Positions 39,001 to 50,649 of a DNA stretch of 64,000 bases are shown here, one piece after another; positions within the stretch are counted from its first letter, which is position 1; each line of letters starts with the position of its first letter. The translations under genes and the position numbers were made by a program. The notes under the pieces are model-generated. The model worked only from the letters and a program-made list of their open reading frames with translations. It was not told where the DNA came from and did no database searches. Source of the DNA: Eledone cirrhosa (Eukaryota); the NCBI GenBank assembly GCA_964016885.1, contig OZ024760.1, forward strand, positions 26,846,001-26,910,000, in the 5' to 3' direction.

Positions 39001-39968
39001 AAGCACGATGACTTTGTCTGCCTGAGGGATATTTCTTAAAACACCTTTCAAGGCATGGTAAAAGGACAGTTTTTCTTCATCGACAGAATTCATAGTTGGA
39101 GCATACACACTCACCAGGGTAGCATATCTTCCCTTGTCCAGCGGAACTCTCATGGACATAAGACGCTCACTAATCCCCACTGGGAATTCTTCCAATTTAT
39201 TCACCAGTACAGTCTTAACAGCAAATCCTACCCCAGCCTCTCTTCTGGTTCCTTCATCTCTTCCTTTCCAGAAGAATGTATATTCTCCACAAAATTCCGT
39301 AAGATGACCATCTCCAGCTAACCTCGTCTCAGACAAAGCCACGATGTCAAGATCGTAACGTCGAAGCTCCTTCGCAACAAGAGCGGTCCTTCGTTCAGGA
39401 CGCTCCAAAGAATCCCTGTCAAGCAGCGTCCGTAGGTTCCAGCAGCCAAGACTAAATGCCCTGTTTGGCTCTATTACAGTGGCACGATGACGGGCGGGCC
39501 CAGGTTGTGATAACTTGGGGCCCCTGCCCTTATTGCCAATGATCCTTTTTGTTCCAGAACCCAAATTGGCAATTATCTCGTTTACATTGTTCTGGAACAT
39601 CATTGAATTGGGAAAAAAAAAAAAAAAAAAAAGAAGTAATAATAATAGTAATAATAATAATAATACCACACTATTAATAATTATTAATGCACTCGTGCAA
39701 TGCCTGTGCGTGACGAATATTTTTAAAGTGAGGAAAGACTGTGCACTGAACCAATCCCACTCTCTGAGCGACAGTAGCTATAACCCGAAAAGAAGAAAAG
39801 ATCAACATCATCGGTAGCTACTGAGCCGCAGGTTTTATATCGGAGTTAACCCAGTTTCCTGAGATGCCTTCTCCTAGAAGAATACCCTGACATGGGCTAG
39901 GGGTTCTTCACTCCCAGTGGTTTAACTGCGCGATCGGGCATCCAGCCCGATTATTTCTATGTCCCCGC

Positions 39969-39970
<2 letters not shown>
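35795..39970 (-). mobile_element. Apparently full-length RTE-clade LINE, antisense in SWI5 intron 3
   Basis: Single intact ORF, a structured 5' UTR containing CTAGGAGAAGG, and a short 3' terminus ending in microsatellite; boundaries approximate. Confidence 0.85.
36058..39603 (-). CDS. RTE LINE polyprotein: APE endonuclease + reverse transcriptase + three C2H2 zinc fingers (1181 aa from MMFQNN)
   Basis: GCWNLRTL, LSETR, GDLNARVG, LDYV, TDHRLV (APE); QSGFR, FVDLTKAFD, GVKQGD, LLYADD (RT); CSVC..HLRSH, CQTC..HAKVH, CRLC..HIRSQH; no stops. Confidence 0.95.
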   Translation of the reverse strand: MMFQNNVNEIIANLGSGTKRIIGNKGRGPKLSQPGPARHRATVIEPNRAFSLGCWNLRTLLDRDSLERPERRTALVAKELRRYDLDIVALSETRLAGDGHLTEFCGEYTFFWKGRDEGTRREAGVGFAVKTVLVNKLEEFPVGISERLMSMRVPLDKGRYATLVSVYAPTMNSVDEEKLSFYHALKGVLRNIPQADKVIVLGDLNARVGRDFNTWNVIGRHGVGKCNSNGMLLLQMCEELDLCVTNTMFQQKNKFKTTWMHPASKEWHLLDYVLVRMRDRQDVRCVRVLRGAECWTDHRLVRAKVNLITKRKIRAPGVTLPKRLNAARLKDKNVKRTLEEEMQAADLGEDWPTLKKSVYDVGRRVLGLVQRKHQDWFNEKDVHIDDLLADKRRALSRYLTARPQERNTLHEELRDVKSRVRRSLSQMKDQWWSEKAGEIQTASDCNNTKLLYSLLREVYGPSSSLVTPIRSKDGKELLRDSQGILRRWREHFDDLLNQPSVVSEDFLNLIPESPVKVALAEPPTLVEVAVAISKLNSGRSPGMDGIHAELLQYGGERLLQHLHSLFGRIWANESVPEDWRDAVMVVLYKGKGNRNDCGNYRGISLLSVVGKVLCRVLLDRLLTHIADCVLPESQSGFRVGRGTTDMIFSARQLQEKCIEQGLDLYQVFVDLTKAFDTVNRDALWKVLQKLGCPDKFLALVRSFHDDMKAWVNVGGSMSEPISVKNGVKQGDIPAPTLFAIYFAMVFCIAFRNCEHGVYIRYRTSGSIFNIRRFAAKTKVFTSVIRDLLYADDCDLVAHTESDMQHILNVFSDACTALGLTVSLKKTVVMYQPAPGRQYTEPNIYVYGKRLGVVDQFVYLGSTVNRYGNLDSEISLRIRKASDAFGKLERRLWGRRDICRRTKVRVYRACVLSCLLYACETWVAYRRHLKQLERFHQMCLRRIHGVRWRDHISDVEILESSMCDSIEALVLKQRLRWSGHLARMKDSRIPKQLFYGELVKGKRPPHKPKKRYKDSLKASLKDANISADTWENIAADRNKWRKTVYEGKVAFEASRIAHEKVKRDVRKGIAVALPDGEGPPMFLTCSVCARLCLSKAGLESHLRSHKVRPVVDYQAAVGDATHHACQTCGRECKSAGGLKRHAKVHELQPQPTIPSKCFGCRLCARHFGSLAGLKSHIRSQHC

Positions 39971-40010
<40 letters not shown>

Positions 40011-40567
40011 ACTTATTGACGCTTATACGTACGACATACACACACACGCATACATATGCGTGCACACAGCAACACTCACACACACAACAAACACACACAC
40101 ACGCTACTCTACTCACTTACACGCACACACACACATATATATATATATATTACCGTCATTACTGATACAAGATTACCAGATTATGTCAACTGTTGACTTT
40201 CAAGAGTTTGTATAGTTGAAGCCGATCGTATTACAGTCCAGTATTACTATAATTGCTTTACAGCATAGAGTTATGGCTCTCCACGGAGTCAACAAAAGAG
40301 AGTACCAGTGATGCGCTGGCCAGTCGCTGGATCCGTGCCAAAAGCAGAAAAATTATTATTAAAGTTGTTCTTAAGGCCAGGTCGCTGGTGATGGTGATGG
40401 CGACGGCGGTGGCGGTGGTGGTGGTGGTGGCAGTTGATGTTGTTGTTCTGTTGTGTGTGTGTGTGTGTGTGTGTGTTTTGTTATTTTTGTTATTTTGTTA
40501 TTTTGTTATTGTTATACATATATATATATACATTCATATATATAACCATATACATATATACATATAT

Positions 40568-40612
<45 letters not shown>

Positions 40613-40654
40613 AAACAAATATATACACATACAAACACACACACACACATACAT

Positions 40655-40701
<47 letters not shown>

Positions 40702-40749
40702 CACACACACATACACACATATACAAGGAAAAAGCACCATACATACATA

Positions 40750-40788
<39 letters not shown>

Positions 40789-40799
40789 TTACACACACT

Positions 40800-40877
<78 letters not shown>

Positions 40878-40926
40878 TACACACACCCACATATATACAT
40901 ATATATATACACACATACATACACAC

Positions 40927-40963
<37 letters not shown>

Positions 40964-41018
40964 AATATATACATATATATAAAAATATACACACACATAT
41001 ACATACATACACACACAC

Positions 41019-41067
<49 letters not shown>

Positions 41068-42088
41068 TTGTGTGTATATACATAGTCTTCATGTCTATAT
41101 GTAGTCTTCATGGTGGTCTGGTGGGAGATACCAGCGATGGTGGAGGTCCTGGTTTGGGGTTCAATCCTGGTCATGGGTTACATATAGGGGTTCATGCTTT
41201 TTTATGGAAGCACATGGCTTATGGTTAGAGCATTGGCCTTGCAATCAAAAGGTTGTGAGTTCAATCCTCAGACCGGGTGATGTGTTGTTTCCTTGAGCAA
41301 GACACTTTATTTCACATTGCTCCAGTTTACTCAGCTGTAGAAATGAGATGATAGGGACTGGGGTGCCTATCATTCCACTGTAAAGTGGACGTGGAGGTGC
41401 CACGGCAAAAAGGCACCCAGCACTCACTGTAAATGAGGTTGGTGTTAGGAAGGGCATCCAGCTGTAGAAATCAAGCCAGCATCAGTTCCCGTCCCACCCT
41501 TGCAAGCAGGGAAATTCGGACGTAAAATGAAATGATGATACATATATCATCAGTGTGTACTAGGTGCTTTTTGTAGTGTCGCCTACATGACCACTTTATA
41601 CTGTATGCTAGGTGGGTGTAAAGAAAGGTAAAAAAACTGACTGCGAAGTTGAAATTGATAAATATCTGCCCTTGTTTTAGGGCTCTTCTTTTTTTCCCTA
41701 CTGTTCTCTATTTCCTTTCTGAGTAAACATTTTCCAGTTGATTTTCATCAGCAGAAGTTGAACAACTTCGTCCTCATGACTAACGAACCCCTACATATCT
41801 GGTATGGTGCCATTGTAATAACTGGCCCTTTATAATTATATTCAAACTTACCCTACGGACTTGAGTTGTTCTATATATATATATACATATTGACAGTCGA
41901 TCGGACCAAGGAAACAATGTTTCCATTAGTCTTTCTAATTGCTAATACTCTATCGGTCGCAACTCCAGGTAGAAGGAGTAACATGAAATAAAGTGTCTTG
42001 CCCAAGGACATAATGCATTGCCCGGTCCGGGAATTGAACTTAATTCTCTAACCAATCCAATTCTCTAACCACTCTGCCATGCGCCTTC

Positions 42089-42153
<65 letters not shown>

Positions 42154-42169
42154 CACATATCATCAACGT

Positions 42170-42405
42170 CCATTTTCCACGCTAGCATGGGATAGACGGC
42201 TTTGTTCCATTTGATGTGGGAATGGTCGGGAGACCATGTCTGGCTCCCACGGAAGCGTCTCTGGCAGGTTTTTTTACAGCCCAATCTTGTGACATTGTCT
42301 TTGAGAGGTGCCAGTGAGCAAGGTCAGTTTTTATCACCTCGTCCCAGGTTTCTCTTGGTCTACCCACTCCGCAGCTTCCATCAATTCTCATTGCCCTGCA
42401 CTTTT
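42170..42405 (-). mobile_element. RTE-X-like LINE 3' fragment
   Basis: IKKCRAMRIDGSCGVGRPRETWDEVIKTDL plus CCCATGCTAGCGTGGAAAATGGACGTTGATGAT tail. Confidence 0.75.
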
Positions 42406-42409
42406 TTAT

Positions 42410-42514
<105 letters not shown>

Positions 42515-44789
42515 AAAAGGTGAAGTTGGAAATAGCACGGAAAATGTATTTAAGGGTCTGTTTTTCTTTTTTGATTCGTCAAAGTGACATTATTGAAAAG
42601 ATAACAGTATTCGAATCCCACCGAGGTTCACTTTGCCTTTCATCCTTACGGGGTCGATAAAATAAAGTACCAGTAATGTACTGGGTAATTGCTGGCCTTG
42701 TGCCAAAAGTAGAAACAATTATTGAAAAAATGAGAGGGACAATTCTTTTTAAAAAAAAGTTTCATAATGTATATAAAGTATTACCGGTTTCAATGTATTA
42801 TCAAATGTTATCATCTTATCAAATGTTGAGTATTGAAATAAAAATTAAAAAGAATTGTCCCTCTCATTGTTTCAATAATGTTATTTTTTCAATAATGTCA
42901 CTTTGACGAATCAAAAAAAAAAACAGACCCTTAAATATATTTTCCCTGCTATTTCTAACTTCACATTTTCTCTATATCCACTGTTTTGTATAGAACCTTA
43001 CTTCCCTTTTCTAATATATATATATATTAGAAAAGGGAAGTAAGGTTCAGATGTGAGAAAAACCACAGACCCTCCATCTCAACTCTACTTTTGAAAAGCA
43101 GAAGAACTGCGAAACCGGTAAAGGAACCAAATAAATATATATATTTTTTTTAAAATAAGACTCCAGTTGCATTTTCGATTTCATCTTTTTTTCTTTATAC
43201 TTTCAGTCGTGTAGGACACCTCGGTTATTTTTCATTTTGTAAAAAAAACCTCACTTTCTAATATATATATATCATCATCATCATCATCATCATTTTATGT
43301 CCGCTTTTCGCTGCTTGCAAGGGTGGGACGGGAACTGATTCTGGCTTGATTTCTACAGTTGGATGCCCTTCCTAACACCAACCTCATTTACAGTGAGTAC
43401 TGGGTGCTTTTTTGCCGTGGCACCTCCACGACCACTTTGCAGTGGAATGATAGGGACCCCAATCCCTATCATCTCATTTCTACAGCTGAGTAAACTGGAG
43501 CAATGTGAAATAAAGTGTCTTGCTCAAGGAAACAACACATCACCATATATATATATATATATATATATACACTCTATAGAAAGCAAGTTTGTTTGTTGAC
43601 CAGGATTTGCACAAGATCACGAATACATTGATAATAATTAAAGTATAGACTGAAACCGCTCTCTCCAGATCTATATCACATCACTGTGTCTTTCGTTTTT
43701 TATCTCGGTATTTCTGTCAATTTTAATCGATTTAAATCGATTTTTCCCAATATTTTAAAACATTTTTTTTCAGATCAGATGTAAGGGAGGTAACTTGGTG
43801 AAACGTTAACTGCTAATAAAACTAAAGGAAATTGATTATAAAGGGTTTTCGTGTGTTTTCGACTAACATGCTCGCTGTCGACTATTTTCCGAAAATGAAA
43901 TAGGGTGGGGCACAGTTGGGGGAAGAATTTACAGCTCTTTCTAGCACCCAAATAGATCAACATCCAAAGAGGACTAAATAAGGGTTGTATATCATCATCA
44001 TCATCATGTATTAATGTCCATCTTCCATGTTAACATGGGTTAGACGGGTCCCATTTAAAGGCAGGTTGGGTCGGGTGACTGTGTCATATAAGGGTGTTTC
44101 TGGCTGGGTTTTTTTATGGCTGGATGCCCTTCCTAACGGCAACCACATTTACAGTGTGGACTGGGTACTTTTTGTCATGACACCTACACGACCACTTTAC
44201 AGTGCGGGTTAGGTGCTTTTTGTCATGACACCTACATGACCACTTTACAGTATGGGCTTGATGCTTTTTGTTGTGACACCTACATGACCACTTTACAGTG
44301 TGGACTGGGTGCTTTTTGTCGTGACACCTACACGGCCACTTTAAGTGTGGGCTTTTTGTTGTGACACCTACACAACCACATTACAGTGTGGACTGGGTAC
44401 TTTCGTGCGATACCACCAACTTTACATTATATATACTTACCTATTTCTCTCTTACACACCCACAACTAACTGTGTAGGGTGAGGTAGAGAGGGGGAGACG
44501 GTTCCATCATCATCATTGTTGGTTACAATCAGAGCATAGCCAGATGTACAAAGTAGAACAGATGCGAATTTAGGTTGTGAAAGGGTTAGTTAGTCTCTGG
44601 TGTGTTTAGTGTAGAGAGAGAGATATAGAGGGAGGGACAGAGATAGATAGATAGATAGATTGTTAGAGAGAGAGGCGGGGACAGAGATAGAAAGATAGAT
44701 AATTAGAGAGATAGAGGGAGGCACAGAGATAGATAGATAGATTGTTAGAGTGAGAGAGAGAGACATAGAGGGAGGGACAGAGATAGATA

Positions 44790-45155
44790 GATAGATTGTT
44801 AGAGAGAGAGCGAGAGAGAGACATATTGAAGCAGGGACAGATAGAGAGAGAGAGAGACATATTGAAGCAGGGACAGATAGAGAGAGAGAGAGACATATTG
44901 AAGCAGGGGCAGATAGAGAGAGAGAGACATATTGAAGCAGGGATAGAGAGAGAGAGAGAGACATATTGAAGCAGGGACAGAGAGAGAGAGACATATTGAA
45001 GCAGGGACAGAGAGAGAGAGAGAGACATGTTGAAGCAGGGACAGAGAGAGAGACATATTGAAGCAGGGACAGAGAGAGAGAGAGACATATTGAAGCAGGG
45101 ACAGAGAGAGAGATAGAGAGAGAGACATATTGAAGCAGGGACAGAGAGAGAGAAG
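44790..45155. repeat. About 35-40-bp minisatellite with (GA)n core
   Basis: Repeated GACATATTGAAGCAGGGACAGA(GA)n, about 9-10 copies. Confidence 0.85.
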
Positions 45156-45929
45156 CAGCGACAACAATGGAAGATAGAGAGAGATATAGTGAGATAGAAT
45201 ACTTTGCAGTCTTCGTTTCAACTTTCTTCTCTCTCAGTTCAAATCCCAATGATGTCAACTTTACCTTTCATCCATTTAAGGTCAATAAAAATGTACCAGT
45301 CAAGTACTGGGGTCGATTCTTCCTCTATAGCTCTCTCTCTCACTTCCTTTCTTTCACTTTCTCTATCATCATCATCATCATCATCATACGTCCGCTTTTC
45401 CCTGCTTGCAAGGGTGGGACGGGAACTGATTCTGGCTTGATTTCTACAGCTGGATGCCCTTCCTAACACCAACCTCATTTACAGTGAGTGCTGGGTGCTT
45501 TTTTGCTGTGGCGCCTCCACGACCACTTTACAGGTCCCTATCAACTCATTTCTACAGCTGAGTAAACTGGAGCAATGTGAAATAAAGTGTCTTGCTCAAG
45601 GAAACAACACAGCACCTGGTCTGAGAAGTGAACTCACAACCTTTTGATTGCAAGGCCAATGCTCTAACCACTAAGCCATGTGCCTCTCTATATTTAATAA
45701 TAATAAGGAAATTATTGTGCACTACAACAAACTATTCTGGAAGAAATCTGCTGTGTTCAGATGTGATGACAAGGTGGGCTCCTTTAAGTTTTAAAATGCC
45801 CTAGAAATGTTGTATGTCGATATGGCACCCTTACAACTCCCCCAGGAGTTGTGAGGGTGTCATGCCATGCCATTTGTATTAAAACCTTCCAGCATGATTT
45901 TATATAAGAACCATTTAAGTTATTTTATG

Positions 45930-47185
45930 AAGCCCACACTGTAAAGTGGATGTGTAAAAGACATGGGAAAAAGCACCCAGCCCACTCTGTAAAGTGGACG
46001 TGTAGGTGTCACAGCAAAAAGCACCCAGCTCACTCTGTAAAGTGGACGTGTAGGTGTCACAGCAAAAAGCACCCAGCCCACACTGTAAAGTGGACGTGTA
46101 GGAGACACGGCAAAAAGCACCCAGTACACATTGTAAAGTGGTTGTGTTGGTGACATTTCAAAAAGCACCCAGCACACACTGTAAAGTGGTCGTGTTGGTG
46201 ACATGACAAAAAGCACCCAGCACACACTGTAAAGTGGTCGTGTTGGTGACATTTCAAAAAGCACCCAGCACACACTGTAAAGTGGTCGTGTTGGTGACAT
46301 GACAAAAAGCACCCAGCATACACTGTAAAGAGGTTGTGTTGGTGACCTGACAAAAAGCACCCAGCACACACTGTAAAGAGGTCGTGTTGGTGACATGACA
46401 AAAAGCACCCAACACACACTGTAACGTGGTCATGTTGGTGACAGGACAAAAAGCACCCAGCACACACTGTAAAGAGGTCGTGTTGGTGACATGACAAAAA
46501 GCACCCAGCACACACTGTAAAGAGGTCGTGTTGGTGACATGACAAAAAGCACCCAACACACACTGTAAAGTGGTCGTGTTGGTGACAGGACAAAAAGCAC
46601 CCAGCACACACTGTAAAGTGATCATGTTGGTGACATGACAAAAAGCACCCAGCACACACTGTAAAGAGGTCGTGTTGGTGACATGTCAAAAAGCACCCAG
46701 CACACACTGTAAAGAGGTTGTGTTGGTGACATGCAAAAAGCACCCAGCACACACTGTAAAGTGGTCATGTTGGTGACATAACAAAAAGCACCCAGCACAC
46801 ATTGTAAAGTGGTTGTGTTGGTGACATGACAAAAAGCACCCAGCACACTGTAAAGAGGTCGTGTTGGTGACATGTCAAAAAGCACCCAGCACACACTGTA
46901 AAGAGGTTGTGTTGGTGACATGCAAAAAGCACCCAGCACACACTGTAAAGTGGTCATGTTGGTGACATAACAAAAAGCACCCAGCACACACTGTAAAGAG
47001 GTCGTGTTGGTGACATGACAAAAAGCACCCAGCACACACTGTAAAGAGGTTGTGTTGGTGACATGACAAAAAGCACCCAGCACACACTGTAAAGAGGTCG
47101 TGTTGGTGACATGCAAAAAGCACCCAGCACACTCTGTAAAGAGGTCGTGTTGGTGACATGACAAAAAGCACCCAGCCCACCCCGT
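45930..47185 (+). repeat. 48-bp tandem array (about 26 copies) from the SINE-B internal unit
   Basis: Unit CACACTGTAAAGTGGTCGTGTTGGTGACATGACAAAAAGCACCCAGCA runs into the SINE tail at 47185-47335; opposite orientation to the 30067 array. A short minus array lies at 44145-44420. Confidence 0.9.
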
Positions 47186-47654
47186 AAATGTTGGTGTTAG
47201 GAAGGACATTCAACTGTAGAAACCAGCCAGAAACACTCCTATATGAGCGAGACATGGTCACCTGACCCGTCTTACCTCAAATGGGACAAACCTATCTAAC
47301 CCATGCTAGCGTGGAAGATGGACATTGATGATGATAATGTCCTGGTTGAGGATAAGGACATCCAGCCAGAAAATCCCTGCCAAAAATTATCAAAAGCATA
47401 ACATATAATTGTTTCTACTTTTGGCACAAGGCCAGCAAATATCCCAGTGTATTACTGGTACTTTATTTTATCGACCCCGTAAGGATGAAAGGCAAAGTTA
47501 ACCTCGGCGGGATTTGAACTCAGACCATAAAGAGACATAACTCTATGCTGTAAAGCATGGCATCCATACTGTCAATCCACTGCCCTAAAAAAGCATAACA
47601 CATAATGTGATTAAATGAATGTGTTTAGAAATGATGAGAATCATTGTCATCAAT

Positions 47655-47935
47655 TTTAGGACCATTTTTCCATGCTGGCATGGGTTGGATGGGTCCCCTT
47701 CAACACAGTATCTCTCCAGTCATCACATTCCTTCATCTTCTATGTGAGTCTCAGTGATCTGAGGTCAACTCTCACCCCCTCTGCCCAGATCTTCCCTGGT
47801 CTATCTCTACTGTGCCTTCATTCCACTGAGATTTCTTGGCACTTCTTCACCCAGCGACCATTCTCCATACCAACACAGTCCTCTCTCCGGCACACCATCT
47901 CCTATTCCTCTTAAATCAGTTTCTCCTTCAGCAGA
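47655..47935 (-). mobile_element. RTE-X-like LINE 3' fragment
   Basis: Minus strand LRGI...CWYG / WVKKCQEISVE..RPGKIWAEGVRVDLRSL, homologous to 59380-59660. Confidence 0.75.
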
Positions 47936-47950
47936 CATGAAATGATGATG

Positions 47951-49185
47951 ATTCAATGGAGCTCTTCCCTTCACATTGCACATTGCACATTCAACGGAGC
48001 TCTTCCCTTCACATTGCACATTCAACGGAGCTCTTCCCTTCACATTGCACATTCAACGGAGCTCTTCCCTTCACATTGCACATTCAACGGAGCTCTTCCC
48101 TTCACATTGCACATTCAACGGAGCTCTTCCCTTCACATTGCACATTCAACGGAGCTCTTCCCTTCACATTGCACATTCAACGGAGCTCTTCCCTTCACAT
48201 TGCACATTCAACGGAGCTCTTCCCTTCACATTGCACATTCAACGGAGCTCTTCCCTTCACATTGCACATTCAACGGAGCTCTTCCCTTCACATTGCACAT
48301 TCAACGGAGCTCTTCCCTTCACATTGCACATTCAACGGAGCTCTTCCCTTCACATTGCACATTCAACAGAGCTCTTCCCTTCACATTGCACATTCAACAG
48401 AGCGCGTCCCTTCACATTGCACATTCAACGGAGCTCTTCCCTTCACATTGCACATTCAACAGAGCTCTTCCCTTCACATTGCACATTCAACAGAGCGCTT
48501 CCCTTCACATTGCACATTCAACGGAGCTCTTCCCTTCACATTGCACATTCAACAGAACTCTTCCCTTCACATTGCACATTCAACAGAGCTCTTCCCTTCA
48601 CATTGCACATTCAACAGAGCTCTTCCCTTCACATTGCACATTCAACGGAGCTCTTCCCTTCACATTGCACATTCAACAGAGCTCTTCCCTTCACATTGCA
48701 CATTCAACAGAGCTCTTCCCTTCACATTGCACATTCAACAGAGCTCTTCCCTTCACATTGCACATTCAACAGAGCGCTTCCCTTCACATTCACAATGCAC
48801 ATTCAATGGAGCTCTTCCTTCCTTTCACATTTACATTGCATATTCAACGGAACTCTTCCCTTCACATTGCACATTCAACAGAGCTCTTCCCTTCACATTC
48901 ACAATGCACATTCAATGGAGCTTTTCCTTCCTTTCACATTTACATTGCACATTCAACTGAGCTCTTCCTTCCTTTCACATTTACATTGCATATTCAACGG
49001 AACTCTTCCCTTCACATTGCACATTCAACAGAGCTCTTCCCTTCACATTCACATTGCACATTCAATGGAGCTCTTCCCTTCACATTCACATTTACATTGC
49101 ACATTCAACGAAGCTCTTTATTTCACATTCACATTGCACATTCAACGGAGCTCTTCCTTCCTTTCACATTTACATTGCACATTCA
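47951..49185 (-). repeat. 31-bp tandem array (about 35-38 copies) from RTE-X coding sequence
   Basis: Minus-strand unit core GCTCCGTTGAATGTGCAATGTGAA matches LINE GCTCCGTTGGATGTGCAGTGTAAA (LRWMCSVN, about 59325) and sits just 5' of the LINE fragment. Confidence 0.8.
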
Positions 49186-49411
49186 TCGAAGAATGTGATG
49201 ACTGGAGAGATAATTCATTGCTTCATTTCTTTTTCATCCTATATCTTCTGCAGCCTCAGCCCATGTTTCACTCCCAGGATTTGAAATTTATGAAAAATTT
49301 AGACTCTTCCTCAAATGTTGTCAGACTTATTTTGGGAAGTAGTTTGAAGCCATTAAACAACAACAAACAACAGCATAACTTATGAACTGTTGATGTTTTT
49401 ATATATTTTAG

Positions 49412-49476
49412 CATTCCTGGAGAACCTGTGTACGAAGGACCTCTACGGACGTTACGAACTCAATCTGGAAGATTGA
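49412..49476 (+). CDS. SWI5: SWI5 homolog, last coding exon (A)FLENLCTKDLYGRYELNLED*
   Basis: Acceptor atattttAG at 49410-11; phase 1 completes GCA; C-terminus fits the Swi5 pattern LA......K.LY.......D-stop. Confidence 0.9.
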
Positions 49477-49808
49477 ACAAAAGAACCCACTGAATGGTGT
49501 CACGGGAGATATTTGAACCATCGACGGTTGCTTCTGACAGGGCCCGCTGGAAAGAGTGTTTGGGGGGCTCTGGCCCCACGACCCTCTCTAAAATAAGTGG
49601 GTGAAGAAGAGGAAGAATGTTGATTTGTCCCTTATCAGTGTTGTCAGGGTTTTTCCTATAACTTTAATACTTTCAGACATTTGCCTGTGACTATGCTGGG
49701 GCACCGCCTGGATTCAATTGATCATATTGATCTCTCTGTCCCCCTCCCCCAGTTCTTATTTTCTTCTTTTCAAGTATGTCACTTATTTTAATGCTTTCAA
49801 TCACACAC

Positions 49809-49840
<32 letters not shown>

Positions 49841-49883
49841 CAATAATATTAATAAATGGAAACTATCTTTATAAAACCATATT

Positions 49884-49947
49884 TATTTTATTATATATAT
49901 TTCAAGGGTACCAACATTTTTGGGGTATGCTCTCATCAGATAAAATA
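49884..49947 (-). ncRNA. Type I hammerhead ribozyme, family A
   Basis: TATTTTAT-CTGATGA-imperfect stem II-GAA-ATATATAT-A-ATAAAATA (perfect stem I). Confidence 0.65.
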
Positions 49948-50162
49948 CAAAAGTTGTTTTACAGATAGTGACATATTCAAGACAAGAACTTAGTGTTTTG
50001 AGTTCTGTTTGAATCTAAATTTTTTGAATAACCAACAAATTAAATAACTCATTGCTTATATATATATATATCTTGTATATATATATTTGTTACATAGGTA
50101 ATGTATGTGACTGACCAGCAACATATCCCCACGATTGTATAACTAAACCTATGATTGCATAA

Positions 50163-50213
50163 GCATCTGATGAAGTCACATGCATCACCATATAACAGAA
50201 ATATATATAATGC
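50163..50213 (+). ncRNA. Degenerate hammerhead-like motif
   Basis: GCAT-CTGATGA-weak stem II-GAA-ATATATAT-A-ATGC. Confidence 0.45.
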
Positions 50214-50649
50214 AATAAAGAATTATGGTGAAATAACCCCAACTTAATTACTTCTATTTGATATATATATATATATATATATATGTAGATTAATCTAGCT
50301 GTCGTCTGTTCGATAGCGTAGACGTAATTCACTTCGTGCAGAAGTTTTGTTCCAATTTATTGCGGAAATTTTGTAAGTTTAATTTTAATTTTGATACTAT
50401 TGTGTAGCTTGACCCCCCGTCTGAACTGTCAGGCGGTGGGTCAGCTCATTTTCGCCCCTCCCAGGGGTCAAAAACCTGGGTTTTTTTTATTTTGTTGCAT
50501 AAAATTTCAATCGTCTGGGAGAAATGTTAAACGAAGCTAACGAAAATAGTGGTGGGGGGACAGCGGTAAGAGTTGTAAGCTTGCACGCTTTAGTCCCCCC
50601 TTCCTTCCCAACTAAGAGAAGGAAAGAAAAAATAAAAGAAAAACAGACG

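Noticed and set aside
39604-39669. Leu/Phe-rich signal-peptide-like N-terminus of the 1203-aa ORF
   Set aside because: Encoded by (TTA)n and a T-run from a non-ATG start; the first ATG is at 39603.
40253-41104. YI/HT/CV-repeat ORFs here and elsewhere
   Set aside because: Translations of (TA)n, (CA)n and (TG)n microsatellites.
46057-47261. Cys/His-rich metallothionein-like ORFs
   Set aside because: In-frame read-through of the 48-bp SINE-derived array.
47942-49385. 334-469 aa His/Ser-rich ORFs
   Set aside because: 31-bp array open in all three frames; not a gene.
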